64,000 nt of DNA, taken from positions 124,001 to 188,000 of the forward strand of contig CATNEN010000018.1 of the NCBI GenBank assembly GCA_950097015.1, read 5' to 3'. The notes beneath the pieces were generated by a model that did no database searches, had not been told where the DNA came from, and saw nothing but the letters and a program-made list of their open reading frames with translations. Positions within the stretch are counted from its first letter, which is position 1. Each line of letters begins with the position of its first letter. A program made the position numbers and the translations under genes. This DNA is from Macrostomum hystrix. Taxonomy: Eukaryota; Animalia; Platyhelminthes. Shown piece by piece: positions 48,230-61,189 of this stretch.

Positions 48230-50086
48230 ACAGCAAGCATTCAAACTAAACATGCCACAATTAGACACTCATGAGTAAAAACAGCAAGCATTCAAACTAA
48301 ACATGCCACAATTAGACACTCATGAGTAAAAACAGCAAGCATTCAAACTAAATATGGCACAATTAGACACTCATGAGTAAAAACAGCAAGCATTCAAACT
48401 AAACATGCCACAATTAGACACCCATGAGTAAAAACAGCAAGCATTCAAAATAAACATGCCACAATTAGACACTCATGAGTAAAAACAGCAAGCATTCAAA
48501 CTAAACATGCCACAATTAGACACTCATGAGTAAAAACAGCAAGCATTCAAACTAAATATGGCACAATTAGACACTCATGAGTAAAAACAGCAAGCATTCA
48601 AACTAAACATGCCACAATTAGACACTCATGAGTAAAAACAGCAAGCATTCAAACTAAACATGCCACAATTAGACACTCATGAGTAAAAACAGCAAGCATT
48701 CAAACTAAATATGCCACAATTAGACACTCATGAGTAAAAACAGCAAGCATTCAAACTAAATATGCCACAATTAGACACCCATGAGTAAAAACAGCAAGCA
48801 TTCAAACTAAACATGCCACAATTAGACACTCATGAGTAAAAACAGCAAGCATTCAAACTAAATATGGCACAATTAGACACTCATGAGTAAAAACAGCAAG
48901 CATTCAAACTAAATATGGCACAATTAGACACTCATGAGTAAAAACAGCAAGCATTCAAACTAAACATGCCACAATTAGACACTCATGAGTAAAAACAGCA
49001 AGCATTCAAACTAAATATGCCACAATTAGACACTCATGAGTAAAAACAGCAAGCATTCAAACTAAACATGCCACAATTAGACACTCATGAGTAAAAACAG
49101 CAAGCATTCAAACTAAATATGGCACAATTAGACACTCATGAGTAAAAACAGCAAGCATTCAAACTAAATATGGCACAATTAGACACTCATGAGTAAAAAC
49201 AGCAAGCATTCAAACTAAATATGCCACAATTAGACACCCATGAGTAAAAACAGCAAGCATTCAAACTAAATATGGCACAATTAGACACCCATGAGTAAAA
49301 ACAGCAAGCATTCAAACTAAATATGGCACAATTAGACACCCATGAGTAAAAACAGCAAGCATTCAAACTAAATATGCCACAATTAGACACCCATGAGTAA
49401 AAACAGCAAGCATTCAAACTAAATATGGCACAATTAGACACCCATGAGTAAAAACAGCAAGCATTCAAACTAAATATGCCACAATTAGACACCCATGAGT
49501 AAAAACAGCAAGCATTCAAACTAAATATGCCACAATTAGACAATCATGAGTAAAAACAGCAAGCATTCAAACTAAATATGCCACAATTAGACACTCATGA
49601 GTAAAAACAGCAAGCATTCAAACTAAATATGGCACAATTAGACACCCATGAGTAAAAACAGCAAGCATTCAAACTAAATATGCCACAATTAGACACCCAT
49701 GAGTAAAAACAGCAAGCATTCAAACTAAACATGCCACAATTAGACACTCATGAGTAAAAACAGCAAGCATTCAAACTAAATATGCCACAATTAGACACTC
49801 ATGAGTAAAAACAGCAAGCATTCAAACTAAATATGCCACAATTAGACACCCATGAGTAAAAACAGCAAGCATTCAAACTAAATATGCCACAATTAGACAC
49901 TCATGAGTAAAAACAGCAAGCATTCAAACTAAATATGCCACAATTAGACACCCATGAGTAAAAACAGCAAGCATTCAAACTAAACATGCCACAATTAGAC
50001 ACTCATGAGTAAAAACAGCAAGCATTCAAACTAAACATGCCACAATTAGACACTCATGAGTAAAAACAGCAAGCATTCAAACTAAA
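48230..50086. repeat. 51-bp minisatellite ATGAGTAAAAACAGCAAGCATTCAAACTAAA(C/T)ATG(C/G)CACAATTAGACAC(T/C)C
   Basis: Period is 51, about 36 units. It ends next to an inverted Tc1-remnant motif at about 50095. Confidence 0.95.
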
Positions 50087-51509
50087 TGCTGAACGGCTGT
50101 TCAGTCCATGGACTGGGGGGATGCCACACACACCACAGGGCTAATATACAGCTAATACAAATATCTGAATAGTATAATACGTTATACTATATTCTATTAG
50201 ATTGCTAACATATGGCAGACCAGTTCCTCCCATCATGCTTACGAACGCCTCGCTCAAGAAATAGCACTAACCTAGCAACCTACGTGCTTGGCGCAACGCA
50301 TAACAAACAACACAAAGGTGCACAAATAGTCAAAAGTGGTAAGAATTGATATTGCAGTTTGAGCACTTTATTTTCGATTACCGCATGAGCACAGAACAGA
50401 TAGCCTTGAAACCGTGATAAACCATACGTATGGCGGCGTAGATTACGCCAGTTGACTGGTAGGCAATATTCAGATCGCATTTCATTCTTTATTTTTTTAA
50501 CGGACACTCGCATCGAACTACTGTGAGTAGTTCAAAATCTTGAGTAAAACGCGTAGACTTGTCGCATTGGGATACCGTCTTTGGGTCAATAAAGACAAAG
50601 TCCTCAGTCCTCAGTCCTCAGTCCCCCTGAGGACTCTGTGGCCCTGCCAGACTCCCAGGATGACCAGCAGCAGAGCGCTCCCAGGTAGCTGGGCGAGCAT
50701 CCAAGTACTCAAACCGCCTGTCTCAAGACAACAAGCTGGAGTCCTGACATGAGGAATATAGAGCGTTCAAGAAGATACTAGCCATAAGCTTGAATAGCCC
50801 CATATTGCAGCTTTGCATGGCGAGCTGGAATAAGTGGGATTACTTCAGTACAATGTGATAAAAACATAAGTTTAATTATGATTTTAAAGAAACATTAAAA
50901 GCCAATAATTACCCATACTTCACAGCAAAAAACTGGACATGGCAGAATGGCAGATAAGCCTCTCTCACAGAAAAATTATCAAAATATTATCAATTTAAGT
51001 ATCTGAAATTGTTTAAAAGTATTCTCACAATAAACTTGTACTTTTGTGGTGAACATTGTGAGTAGCTGCTTTTTTTAATAATTTGTTTATCTTGGTTCTG
51101 AATTTTTTATTATTAACTATGCTTTGACATGCACAGCTGATTTCCAGAGACAAAAAATGTTACTTGTAAGCAAATCCTGATTGATTCCAGTGTTAATAAA
51201 AAATATGGTGGAATAATACATAAAAAATATGTTTCTTTAAAAATAAAATGGTAAGAAATATGCCAATAGATTACATCTCCAAGTTAAATAAGCTATCCTA
51301 ATTGTAAAAATATATGATTGGGGAGTTGAAGAAGCAACTGTGTTTTAGGTAACTTAAACTACTTTTGAATTTCACCACAAAAGTAGTTGATTCACATTTT
51401 AATTTCTAACCTCACTGTGGCATATGATATGCAATTCTAACTGTGTTCTGTGAAAAAAAAATTTATTGAAATGTGTTTTTTAATCGTTTTATGGCTACAA
51501 CTGTCTCAG

Positions 51510-51922
51510 TATGGGCGGATAGCTCAAATGGGTGGATAGCTCAGTCAGTAAGGTGTCGGACTCTGGATCAGATGGTCCTGGGTTCGACTCCCGACCTAGT
51601 CTAGAACTATTCGTGCAGCCTTTGGCAAGCTGCTTTGCCCTGATGTGCACACAGTCTACTCAGCTGCAAATGAGTACTGACATTTCGTCGGGTAATAATA
51701 ATTCTGGCTGGTGTGGAATAAAGCAGTTCTGTGCAGCAATTCTGTGGGGTTTGGATGCTGCCGAAATGTTTGGAAAAATAAATTCCATTGCTGACACGCA
51801 GCTGTCAACCAGTGTCCGAGAGAGCCGGGGAGTACAATAGGTGTGCAGTACCCACCTGCTAGTGTGCTTGACACACAACACCTGCACTGGCCCTTGGGTC
51901 TAGTGTCAATTATTATTATTAT
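51510..51922 (+). mobile_element. tRNA-derived SINE (about 410 bp) with an 11-bp TSD
   Basis: A box TAGCTCAGTCAGTA (partly duplicated), tRNA-Gln-like GGACTCTGGATC, B box GGTTCGACTCC, a CORE-like centre and a (TTA)n tail. TSD AACTGTCTCAG is at 51499..51509 and 51923..51933. Confidence 0.8.
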
Positions 51923-51948
51923 AACTGTCTCAGGGCAACTTTTCTCAG

Positions 51949-52198
51949 CATACATGTGCAACCTCCCAAATCTTAGCCGGCTGTGCGACTTAGTTTTTTC
52001 TCTATTTATGACTTAGTTTGCTCTCATTTGCTCTATTTTTCTCTCCCCTTTTTCCTCTTCTTCACGCCTTCCTTTTTTGTCCCTTGGTCCCCCCTGTGAT
52101 TTTTTGTGCTTGGTTGATTGGTCTTTGCGACTTACCTTGCTTGGCCCTCGTTTCACCCGGCCGGTTCGGCTGGGTCGGCCGGGTGTTGCGCATGTATG
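51949..52198 (+). mobile_element. hAT-type MITE, copy 1 (250 bp)
   Basis: TIRs CATACATGTGCAAC / GTTGCGCATGTATG, with 8-bp TSD TTTCTCAG at 51941..51948 and 52199..52206. Confidence 0.85.
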
Positions 52199-52374
52199 TT
52201 TCTCAGATTATAGATATCTCTTTAATATACTTTGCAAGAGCTTCTATTATATATGACAGTTAGAGCACTTTACTTTCAAATATCACATGAGCACAGAACA
52301 CAAATATCTCACTTTCTGCCATTCATATTGTGCCATTAAGTAGTTTCACTTATCTAGGTTTGATTTATCTCTGT

Positions 52375-52654
52375 CATACATGCGCAACACCCGGCCGACC
52401 TGGCCGAACCGGCCGGGTAAAACGAGGGCCAAGCAAGGTAAGTCGCAAAAACCAATGGACCAAGCGCAAAAAATCAAAGGGGAGACCAAGGGACAAAAAA
52501 GGAAGGCGTGAAGAAAAGGAAAAAGGGGAGAGAAAAAGAGAGCAAATGAGAGCAAACTAAGTCGTAAATAGAGCAATGAAACGAACTAAGTCGCAAATGA
52601 GAGCAAAAACTAAGTCGCATGGCTGGCTAAGATTTGGGAGGTTGCTCATGTATG
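52375..52654 (-). mobile_element. hAT-type MITE, copy 2 (280 bp, inverted relative to copy 1)
   Basis: Same TIRs, and the body is the reverse complement of copy 1. The 8-bp TSD ATCTCTGT is at 52367..52374 and 52655..52662. Confidence 0.85.
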
Positions 52655-52776
52655 ATCTCTGTTTTCTGGCAACAAAATTTGCTTTGTGTGTTATAATTGC
52701 TTTTACAGAACTACTTCCAATGCAGTTTAGCATAACTTCACTGCTAATTTTGGCCTTGATTCCAACATTGCTTAAT

Positions 52777-55700
52777 CTCTTCTTCTTCTCTTCTCTCTCT
52801 TCTTTTCTTCTCTTCTCTTCTTTTCTTCTCTTCTTTTCTTCTCTTCTCTTCTCTTCTTCTCTTCTCTTCTCTTCTCTTCTTTTTTCTTCTCTTCTTCTCT
52901 TCTCTTCTCTTCTCTTCTCTTCTCTTCTCTTCTCCTCTTCTCTTCTCTTCTTCTCTTCTTCTTTCCCTTCCCTTCTTCTTTCCCCTTCTCTTCTCTCCTC
53001 TTCTCTTCTCTTCTTTTCTTCTCTTCTCTTCTCTTCTTCTCTTCTCTTCTTTTCTTTTTCTCTTCTTTTCTCTTCTCTTCTCTTCTTTTCTTTTCTCTTC
53101 TCCTCTTCTCTTCTCTTCTTTTTTCTTCTCTTCTCTTCTCTTCTCTTCTCTTCTCTTCTCTCCTCTTCTCTTCTCTTCTCTCCTCTTCTCTTCCCTTCTC
53201 TTCTCTTCTCTTCTCTTCTTCTCTTTTTCTCTTCTCTTCTTCTCTTCTCTTCTTTTCTCTTCTTTTCTTCTCTTCTTTTCTTCTCTTCTCTTCTCTTCTC
53301 TTCTTCCCTTCTCCTCTTCTTCTCCTCCTCTTCTCTTCTCTCTTCTTCTCTTCTTCTCTCCTCTTCTCTTCTCTTCTCTCCTCTTCTCTTCCCTTCTCTC
53401 CTCTTCTCTTCCCTTCTCTTCTCTTCTCTTCTCTTCTTCTCTTCTCTTCTCTTCTCCTTTTCTCTTCTCTTCTCCTCTTCTCCTCTCTTCTTCTCTTCTT
53501 CTTTCCCTTCCCTTCTTCTTTCCCCTTCTCTTCTCTCCTCTTCTCTTCTCTTCTCTTCTCTTCTTTTCTTCTCTTCTCTTTTCTTCTCTTCTTTTCTCTT
53601 CTTCTCTTCTCTTCTTTTCTTCTTCTCTTCTTTTCTCTTCTCTTCTCTTCTTTTCTTTTCTCTTCTCCTCTTCTCTTCTCTTCTTTTTTCTTCTCTTCTC
53701 TTCTCTTCTCTTCTCTTCTTCTCTTCTTCTCTCTTTTCTTCTCTTCTCTTCTCTTCTCTTCTCTTCTTCTCTTCTCTTCTTTTCTCTTCTTTTCTTCTCT
53801 TCTTTTCTTCTCTTCTCTTCTCTTCTCTGCTTCCCTTCTCCTCTTCTTCTCCTCCTCTTCTCTTCTCTCTTCTTCTCTTCTTCTCTCCTCTTCTCTTCTC
53901 TTCTTTTCTTCTCTTCTCTTCTCTTCTCTTCTTCTCTTCTCTTCTCTTCTCTTCTTTTTTCTTCTTTTCTTCTCTTCTCTTCTCTTCTCTTCTTTTTTCT
54001 TCTCTTCTTCTCTTCTCTTCTCTTCTCTTCTTTTTTCTTCTCTTCTTCTCTTCCCTTCTCTTCTCTTCTCTTCTCTTCTCTTCTCTTCTCTTCTTCTCTT
54101 CTCTTCTCTTCTCTTCTCTTCTCTTCTCTTCTCTTCTTCTCTTCTCTTCTTCTTTCCCTTCCCTTCTTCTTTCCCCTTCTCTTCTCTTCTTTTCTTCTCT
54201 TCTTTTCTTCTCTTCTCTTCTCTTCTCTTCTTCCCTTCTCCTCTTCTTCTCCTCCTCTTCTCTTCTCTCTTCTTCTCTTCTCTTCTCTTCTCTTCTCTTC
54301 TTCTCTTTTTCTCTTCTCTTCTTCTCTTCTCTTCTTTTCTCTTCTTTTCTTCTCTTCTTTTCTTCTCTTCTCTTCTCTTCTCTTCTTCCCTTCTCCTCTT
54401 CTTCTCCTCCTCTTCTCTTCTCTCTTCTTCTCTTCTTCTCTCCTCTTCTCTTCTCTTCTCTCCTCTTCTCTTCCCTCTCTTCTCTTCTCTTCTTCTCTTC
54501 TCTTCTCTTCTCCTCTTATCTTCTCTTCTTTTCTTCTCTTCTCTTCTCTTCTTCTCTTCTCTTCTTTTCTTTTTCTCTTCTTTTCTCTTCTCTTCTCTTC
54601 TTTTCTTTTCTCTTCTCCTCTTCTCTTCTCTTCTTTTTTCTTCTCTTCTCTTCTCTTCTCTTCTCTTCTCTTCTCTCCTCTTCTCTTCTCTTCTCTCCTC
54701 TTCTCTTCCCTTCTCTTCTCTTCTCTTCTCTTCTTCTCTTTTTCTCTTCTCTTCTTCTCTTCTCTTCTTTTCTCTTCTTTTCTTCTCTTCTTTTCTTCTC
54801 TTCTCTTCTCTTCTCTTCTTCCCTTCTCCTCTTCTTCTCCTCCTCTTCTCTTCTCTCTTCTTCTCTTCTTCTCTCCTCTTCTCTTCTCTTCTCTCCTCTT
54901 CTCTTCCCTTCTCTCCTCTTCTCTTCCCTTCTCTTCTCTTCTCTTCTCTTCTTCTCTTCTCTTCTCTTCTCCTTTTCTCTTCTCTTCTCCTCTTCTCCTC
55001 TCTTCTTCTCTTCTTCTTTCCCTTCCCTTCTTCTTTCCCCTTCTCTTCTCTCATCTTCTCTTCTCTTCTCTTCTTTTCTTCTCTTCTCTTTTCTTCTCTT
55101 CTTTTCTCTTCTTCTCTTCTCTTCTTTTCTTCTTCTCTTCTTTTCTCTTCTCTTCTCTTCTTTTCTTTTCTCTTCTCCTCTTCTCTTCTCTTCTTTTTTC
55201 TTCTCTTCTCTTCTCTTCTCTTCTCTTCTTCTCTTCTTCTCTCTTTTCTTCTCTTCTCTTCTCTTCTCTTCTCTTCTTCTCTTCTCTTCTTTTCTCTTCT
55301 TTTCTTCTCTTCTTTTCTTCTCTTCTCTTCTCTTCTCTGCTTCCCTTCTCCTCTTCTTCTCCTCCTCTTCTCTTCTCTCTTCTTCTCGTCTTCTCTCCTC
55401 TTCTCTTCTCTTCTTTTCTTCTCTTCTCTTCTCTTCTCTTCTTCTCTTCTCTTCTCTTCTCTTCTTTTTTCTTCTTTTCTTCTCTTCTCTTCTCTTCTCT
55501 TCTTTTTTCTTCTCTTCTTCTCTTCTCTTCTCTTCTCTTCTTTTTTCTTCTCTTCTTCTCTTCCCTTCTCTTCTCTTCTCTTCTCTTCTCTTCTCTTCTC
55601 TTCTTCTCTTCTCTTCTCTTCTCTTCTCTTCTCTTCTCTTCTCTTCTCCTCTTCTCTTCTTCTTTCCCTTCCCTTCTTCTTTCCCCTTCTCTTCTCTTCT

Positions 55701-57766
55701 TTTCTTCTCTTCTTTTCTTCTCTTCTCTTCTCTTCTCTTCTTCCCTTCTCCTCTTCTTCTCCTCCTCTTCTCTTCTCTCTTCTTCTCTTCTCTTCTCTTC
55801 TCTTCTCTTCTTCTCTTTTTCTCTTCTCTTGTTCTCTTCTCTTCTTTTCTCTTCTTTTCTTCTCTTCTTTTCTTCTCTTCTCTTCTCTTCTCTTCTTCCC
55901 TTCTCCTCTTCTTCTCCTCCTCTTCTCTTCTCTCTTCTTCTCTTCTTCTCTCCTCTTCTCTTCTCTTCTCTCCTCTTCTCTTCCCTCTCTTCTCTTCTCT
56001 TCTTCTCTTCTCTTCTCTTCTCCTCTTATCTTCTCTTCTCCTCTTCTCTTCTCTTCTTCTCTTCTTCTTTCCCTTCCCTTCTTCTTTCCCCTTCTCTTCT
56101 CTCCTCTTCTCTTCTCTTCTTTTCTTCTCTTCTCTTCTCTTCTTTTCTTCTCTTCTTTTCTCTTCTTTTCTTCTCTTCTTTTCTTCTCTTCTCTTCTCTT
56201 CTCTTCTTCCCTTCTCCTCTTCTTCTCCTCCTCTTCTCTTCTCTTCTCTTCTCTTCTTCTCTTTTTCTCTTCTCTTCTTCTCTTCTCTTCTTTTCTCTTC
56301 TCTTCTTCCCTTCTCCTCTTCTTCTCCTCCTATTCTCTTCTCTCTTCTTCTCTTCTTCTCTCCTCTTCTCTTCTCTTCTCTCCTCTTCTCTTCCCTTCTC
56401 TCCTCTTCTCTTCTCTTCTTCTCTTCTTTCCCCTTCTCTTCTCTCCTCTTCTCTTCTCTTCTCTTCTCTTCTTTTCTTCTCTTCTCTTCTTTTCTTCTCT
56501 TCTTTTCTTCTCTTCTCTTCTCTTCTTCTCTTCTCTTCTCTTCTCTTCTTTTTTCTTCTCTTCTTCTCTTCTCTTCTCTTCTCTTCTCTTCTCTTCTCTT
56601 CTCCTCTTCTCTTCTCTTCTTCTCTTCTTCTTTCCCTTCCCTTCTTCTTTCCCCTTCTCTTCTCTCCTCTTCTCTTCTCTTCTTTTCTTCTCTTCTCTTC
56701 TCTTCTTCTCTTCTCTTCTTTTCTTTTTCTCTTCTTTTCTCTTCTCTTCTCTTCTTTTCTTTTCTCTTCTTTTCTTCTCTTCTCTTCTCTTCTTCTCTTC
56801 TCTTCTCTTCTCTTCTTTTTTCTTCTCTTCTCCTCTTCTCTTCTCTTCTTCTCTTCTTCTTTCCCTTCCCTTCTTCTTTCCCCTTCTCTTCTCTCCTCTT
56901 CTCTTCTCTTCTTTTCTTCTCTTCTCTTCTCTTCTTCTCTTCTCTTCTTTTCTTTTTCTCTTCTTTTCTCTTCTCTTCTCTTCTTTTCTTTTCTCTTCTC
57001 CTCTTCTCTTCTCTTCTTTTTTCTTCTCTTCTCTTCTCTTCTCTTCTCTTCTCTTCTCTCCTCTTCTCTTCTCTTCTCTCCTCTTCTCTTCCCTTCTCTT
57101 CTCTTCTCTTCTCTTCTTCTCTTTTTCTCTTCTCTTCTTCTCTTCTCTTCTTTTCTCTTCTTTTCTTCTCTTCTTTTCTTCTCTTCTCTTCTCTTCTCTT
57201 CTTCCCTTCTCCTCTTCTTCTCCTCCTCTTCTCTTCTCTCTTCTTCTCTTCTTCTCTCCTCTTCTCTTCTCTTCTCTCCTCTTCTCTTCCCTCCTCTTCT
57301 CTTCTCTCTTCTTCTCTTCTTCTCTCCTCTTCTCTTCTCTTCTCTCCTCTTCTCTTCCCTTCTCTCCTCTTCTCTTCCCTTCTCTTCTCTTCTCTTCTCT
57401 TCTTCTCCTCTCTTCTCTTCTCCTTTTCTCTTCTCTTCTCCTCTTCTCCTCTCTTCTTCTCTTCTTCTTTCCCTTCCCTTCTTCTTTCCCCTTCTCTTCT
57501 CTCCTCTTCTCTTCTCTTCTCTTCTCTTCTTTTCTTCTCTTCTCTTTTCTTCTCTTCTTTTCTCTTCTTCTCTTCTCTTCTTTTCTTCTTCTCTTCTTTT
57601 CTCTTCTCTTCTCTTCTTTTCTTTTCTCTTCTCCTCTTCTCTTCTCTTCTTTTTTCTTCTCTTCTCTTCTCTTCTCTTCTCTTCTTCTCTTCTTCTCTCT
57701 TTTCTTCTCCTCTCTACTCTTCTCTTCTCTTCTTCTCTTCTCTTCTTCTCTTCTCTTCTTCTCTTC
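52777..57766. repeat. 5-kb (CTCTT)n satellite upstream of ANK-cGLR copy B
   Basis: Shares rare-variant blocks with 42056..47060 (offset about 11330). Confidence 0.95.
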
Positions 57767-57913
57767 AGCTCAGCAGCCAATGAGACTCCTGCAGCTATGA
57801 ACGATTTTGGTTGGCTGCTGCGGACTGCAAAAGCATAGTCCTAAACCAAACACTGAGCTGCCCTACTCGACCTAATTTATCACTTTCCCAAACCACAAGC
57901 AGACACCTGCAAA

Positions 57914-59193
57914 ATGTTTCCCTTACTCACAATACTCACCGCTGTCCTCCTGTACCTCATGAACTCACTTCATTCCTCACACCACCGAGAAGACGCACAA
58001 GAACTCACCGACCAGGACCTCCTCGCAGCCATCAGAGACGACCGAGTGGAACCCGTTCAGCGATTCATTAACAGCGGCGGGAGCCTCGACACCTTCATCG
58101 CCTATGCTGACTCATTCTTTACTCCAGCAATGCTCGCTTGCCGATTCGGAAGACATGAAATTCTCGTGAGACTCATCCGAGCCATTGCAGATGTAGATAA
58201 GCAGAACTGGAGAGGAACGACGGCATTGTATATTGCATCACTATATGGACACCACCGACTGGTGAAATCACTCATCAAAGCACGAGCCGACGTCAATCTT
58301 CAAGATAATACTGGCGCCTCACCTCTCCACATAGCATCCTGCAATGGCCATAACGACGTCGTCCACTCACTCATCAAAGCACGAGCCGACGTCAATCTTC
58401 AAACAAATACTGGCTACTCACCTCTCTACATTGCATCACAAAATGGCCATAACGACGTCGTCCACTCACTCATCAAAGCACGAGCCGACGTCAATCTTCA
58501 AACAATTACTGGCGCCTCACCTCTCTACATTGCATCATATCAAGGCCATAACGACGTCGTCCACTCACTCATCAATGCACGAGCCGACGTCAATCTTCAA
58601 GAAAATACTGGCTACTCACCTCTCCACATTGCATCACAAAATGGCCATAACGACGTCGTCCACTCACTCATCAAAGCACGAGCCGACGTCAATCTTCAAA
58701 CAATTACTGGCGCCTCACCTCTCTACATTGCATCATATCAAGGCCATAACGACGTCGTCCACTCACTCATCAAAGCACGAGCCGACGTCAATCTTCAAGA
58801 AAATACTGGCGCCTCACCTGTCTACATTGCATCACAAAATGGCCATAACGACGTCGTCCACTCACTCATCAAAGCACGAGCCGACGTCAATCTTCAAGAT
58901 AATACTGGCGCCTCACCTCTCTACATTGCATCACGAAATGGCCATAACGACGTCGTCCACTCACTCATCAAAGCACGAGCCGACGTCAATCTTCAAAAAA
59001 ATACTGGCGCCTCACCTCTCTACATTGCATCTCGCAATGGCCACCTCAGTGTTGTCGAGTCACTCATGAAGGTCGTTCATAGCCCCGACTTGCTGACAGC
59101 TGCTCTGCGAATCGCCACGGAAATCGGCCATGACCAAGTGGTTGACCTGCTGAGCCGTGGATCCTCCGCGCCATTGCCTGAGAAGCAAAACAG
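57914..59193 (+). CDS. ANK-cGLR copy B, exon 1: hydrophobic N-terminus plus 11 ankyrin repeats
   Basis: Repeats SPLxIASxxGHNDVVHSLIKARADVNLQ, with donor AACAG|GTAGGA at 59193/59194. Confidence 0.92.
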
Positions 59194-59715
59194 GTAGGAG
59201 CTCCTGTTTCTTGTAAAAGTCACCTGAACAATCATAGATACTTCGGATTCTCTGAGTATTCAGACTCCAAATCTGATAGCTGAACTTCGGAACTGATTGC
59301 TATTGTGTTAATGTGGTATCGTCAGTTATTGTACATATAAAATATGGTAGCCTGTGTAGAACCCTTGTGAGCACAAAAAGGTTCTCTCGAATACCTGCTG
59401 CTTTTACTTCGCATTGTTAAGAGCTGGCGAATTTATAGCGAAAAGCCTCGAATTCCCAACAATGACCACTAGGAGTAAAATAACGGAAAACTACGATAAT
59501 AGGAAATAGTTATTACATATGTCTGCTTGCGCCGAAGATTATACCACAAGGATAGGAAATTGTTAGTGGCGCTGGTGTGCCGCCGGCCCTAGTTAGCAGT
59601 GGCGCCCTCAGAAGGCGAAAGACAGAACTTCCTAGTAGTTCTTATTGTCAATGCCTGTTTAGCCACAGACAGCAGACTCCACTTCAAAATTCTCAGTTTA
59701 TTCTCAGTTTATGAA

Positions 59716-59894
59716 TGCCGCCTCCTCTCACCCTTCAGAGCCTCCCAGCCTCACTGAACCTCAGCACTGCCGCCTCCTCTCACCCTTCAGAGCCTCCCAG
59801 ACTCACTGTAACTCAGCACTGCCGCCTCCTCTCACCCTTCAGAGCCTCCCAGCCTCACTGAAACTCAGCACTGCCGCCTCCTCTCACCCTTCAG
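59716..59894 (+). repeat. 52-bp acceptor-containing repeat, copy B (4 acceptor-like sites)
   Basis: AG ends at 59738, 59790, 59842 and 59894. Confidence 0.9.
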
Positions 59895-60244
59895 AGCCGC
59901 ACCCAGCGACGCAGAGCTGAGCCAGCAGCTGCACTCCAAGCTCTCTCAGTCGGGATTCGTGGACTCCAGAGCCGCCTTGCAGATCGCTGTGGCTGACGTC
60001 TTGCAGGATGTTCTCAGGAAGAGAATGAACGATGACGACTGGTTCGCTGTGGGCAGCTTCTCTGAGGCCTGGGGCAACAGCCTGGTCTCTCTGGATGGCA
60101 GAACTGACATCGACTCTGACATCGATGTTATTCAGCTGATTCCAGGAAGGCCGATTCACCCGAGAGATGTGTGCGAGTGCGACCGAGTGGAGGCTGCTCA
60201 GACAGTGGAGCTCAGCAATGGCCACATCCTGAGCTCCGGATTCG
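59895..60244 (+). CDS. ANK-cGLR copy B, exon 2 (nucleotidyltransferase core)
   Basis: Same boundaries and phases as copy A. GSFSEAWG...SDID is intact. Confidence 0.85.
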
Positions 60245-61189
60245 GTGAGAATTTCCTGTCAGAGACTGTCGGGATGGCTGGGACAAGAATTGAACATGAG
60301 TTTGGCTTGCTCATCTTCTTTGGCTTTCTAAAGCAAACAACAAACAAGGAAAGCAAACAAATGTTCAGTCCAGGTTTGAAATGCAGAGATATTGAAAATA
60401 ATATTGAAAATAATCGTGAACGTGCTCCCCTTCTCTTTGTTTCTTAGGCTCGCAATACTTTCACAGTCACAGGTGTGCAAAATTACAGTTTTTGAGGTGA
60501 CCGCCCCAGTCCATGGACTGAACCGTTGTACACAGCTTTTGGAAGCGTCGTACAAACGCTACGGCTGGGCCATTGCAAATTTCGGTTATTTCTATTATAT
60601 TATATTCTGTTGCCGCTTTTACAGAATTCGTTTTCTGTGATTCTGAAATTATGCCAATCAATGTCCATTGATTGTCAACAATATTCCGAACAGCCGATTC
60701 TTACTAGCCATATAGTAGCTAGTTATCCAGTAGACAGGAAAATTATCCTAATTTATGTGGGCGGGAAAACCCCCGCCGCAGGAAAATCCCATCGAATTTC
60801 CAGTCCAGATTTGAATCTCGGCCTGAGGGAACGATGCTTGTCCAAGAGCTGGAATCATAACCTCGTATTTATTCAGCTCAGCCAGCTGAAGGTTACAGTA
60901 GAAATTTGAGGGGGCTGGTGACTCCCCAGTACAAAGACTGAAGAGCTGTATACAGTACTCACAAAATACTCATAAGAAACTAAAGAAGCAAGGAAGAATT
61001 GAAAATAATCGTGCACGTGCTGCCCTCCGTAGGGGGCAAAAGTTTCTAGTCTGCACTAAATTTTCATATAAATCGCAGCTACAAACCATCTTTGCACAAT
61101 TTTTTTATATTATCGAGAAATAGTTCTGTGTCTATTAACTTGAAATCTGATGGCATTTTACATATTTCTTGCATTTCCGTTTTCTCCAG

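Noticed and set aside
48230-50086. 51-bp array as a 17-aa coding repeat or CRISPR
   Set aside because: There are no spacers. Frames are interrupted by stops, and there are no flanking exon signals.
50340-50470. FCAHAVIENKVL peptide resembling FCAHVIFESKVL near 52270..52310
   Set aside because: Too short, with no consistent exon structure or recognisable family.
51530-51600. Functional tRNA-Gln gene
   Set aside because: The anticodon and acceptor stems are mismatched, and it is the head of a TSD-flanked SINE.
52576-57838. 1735, 760, 669 and 584 aa ORFs
   Set aside because: Same microsatellite artefact.
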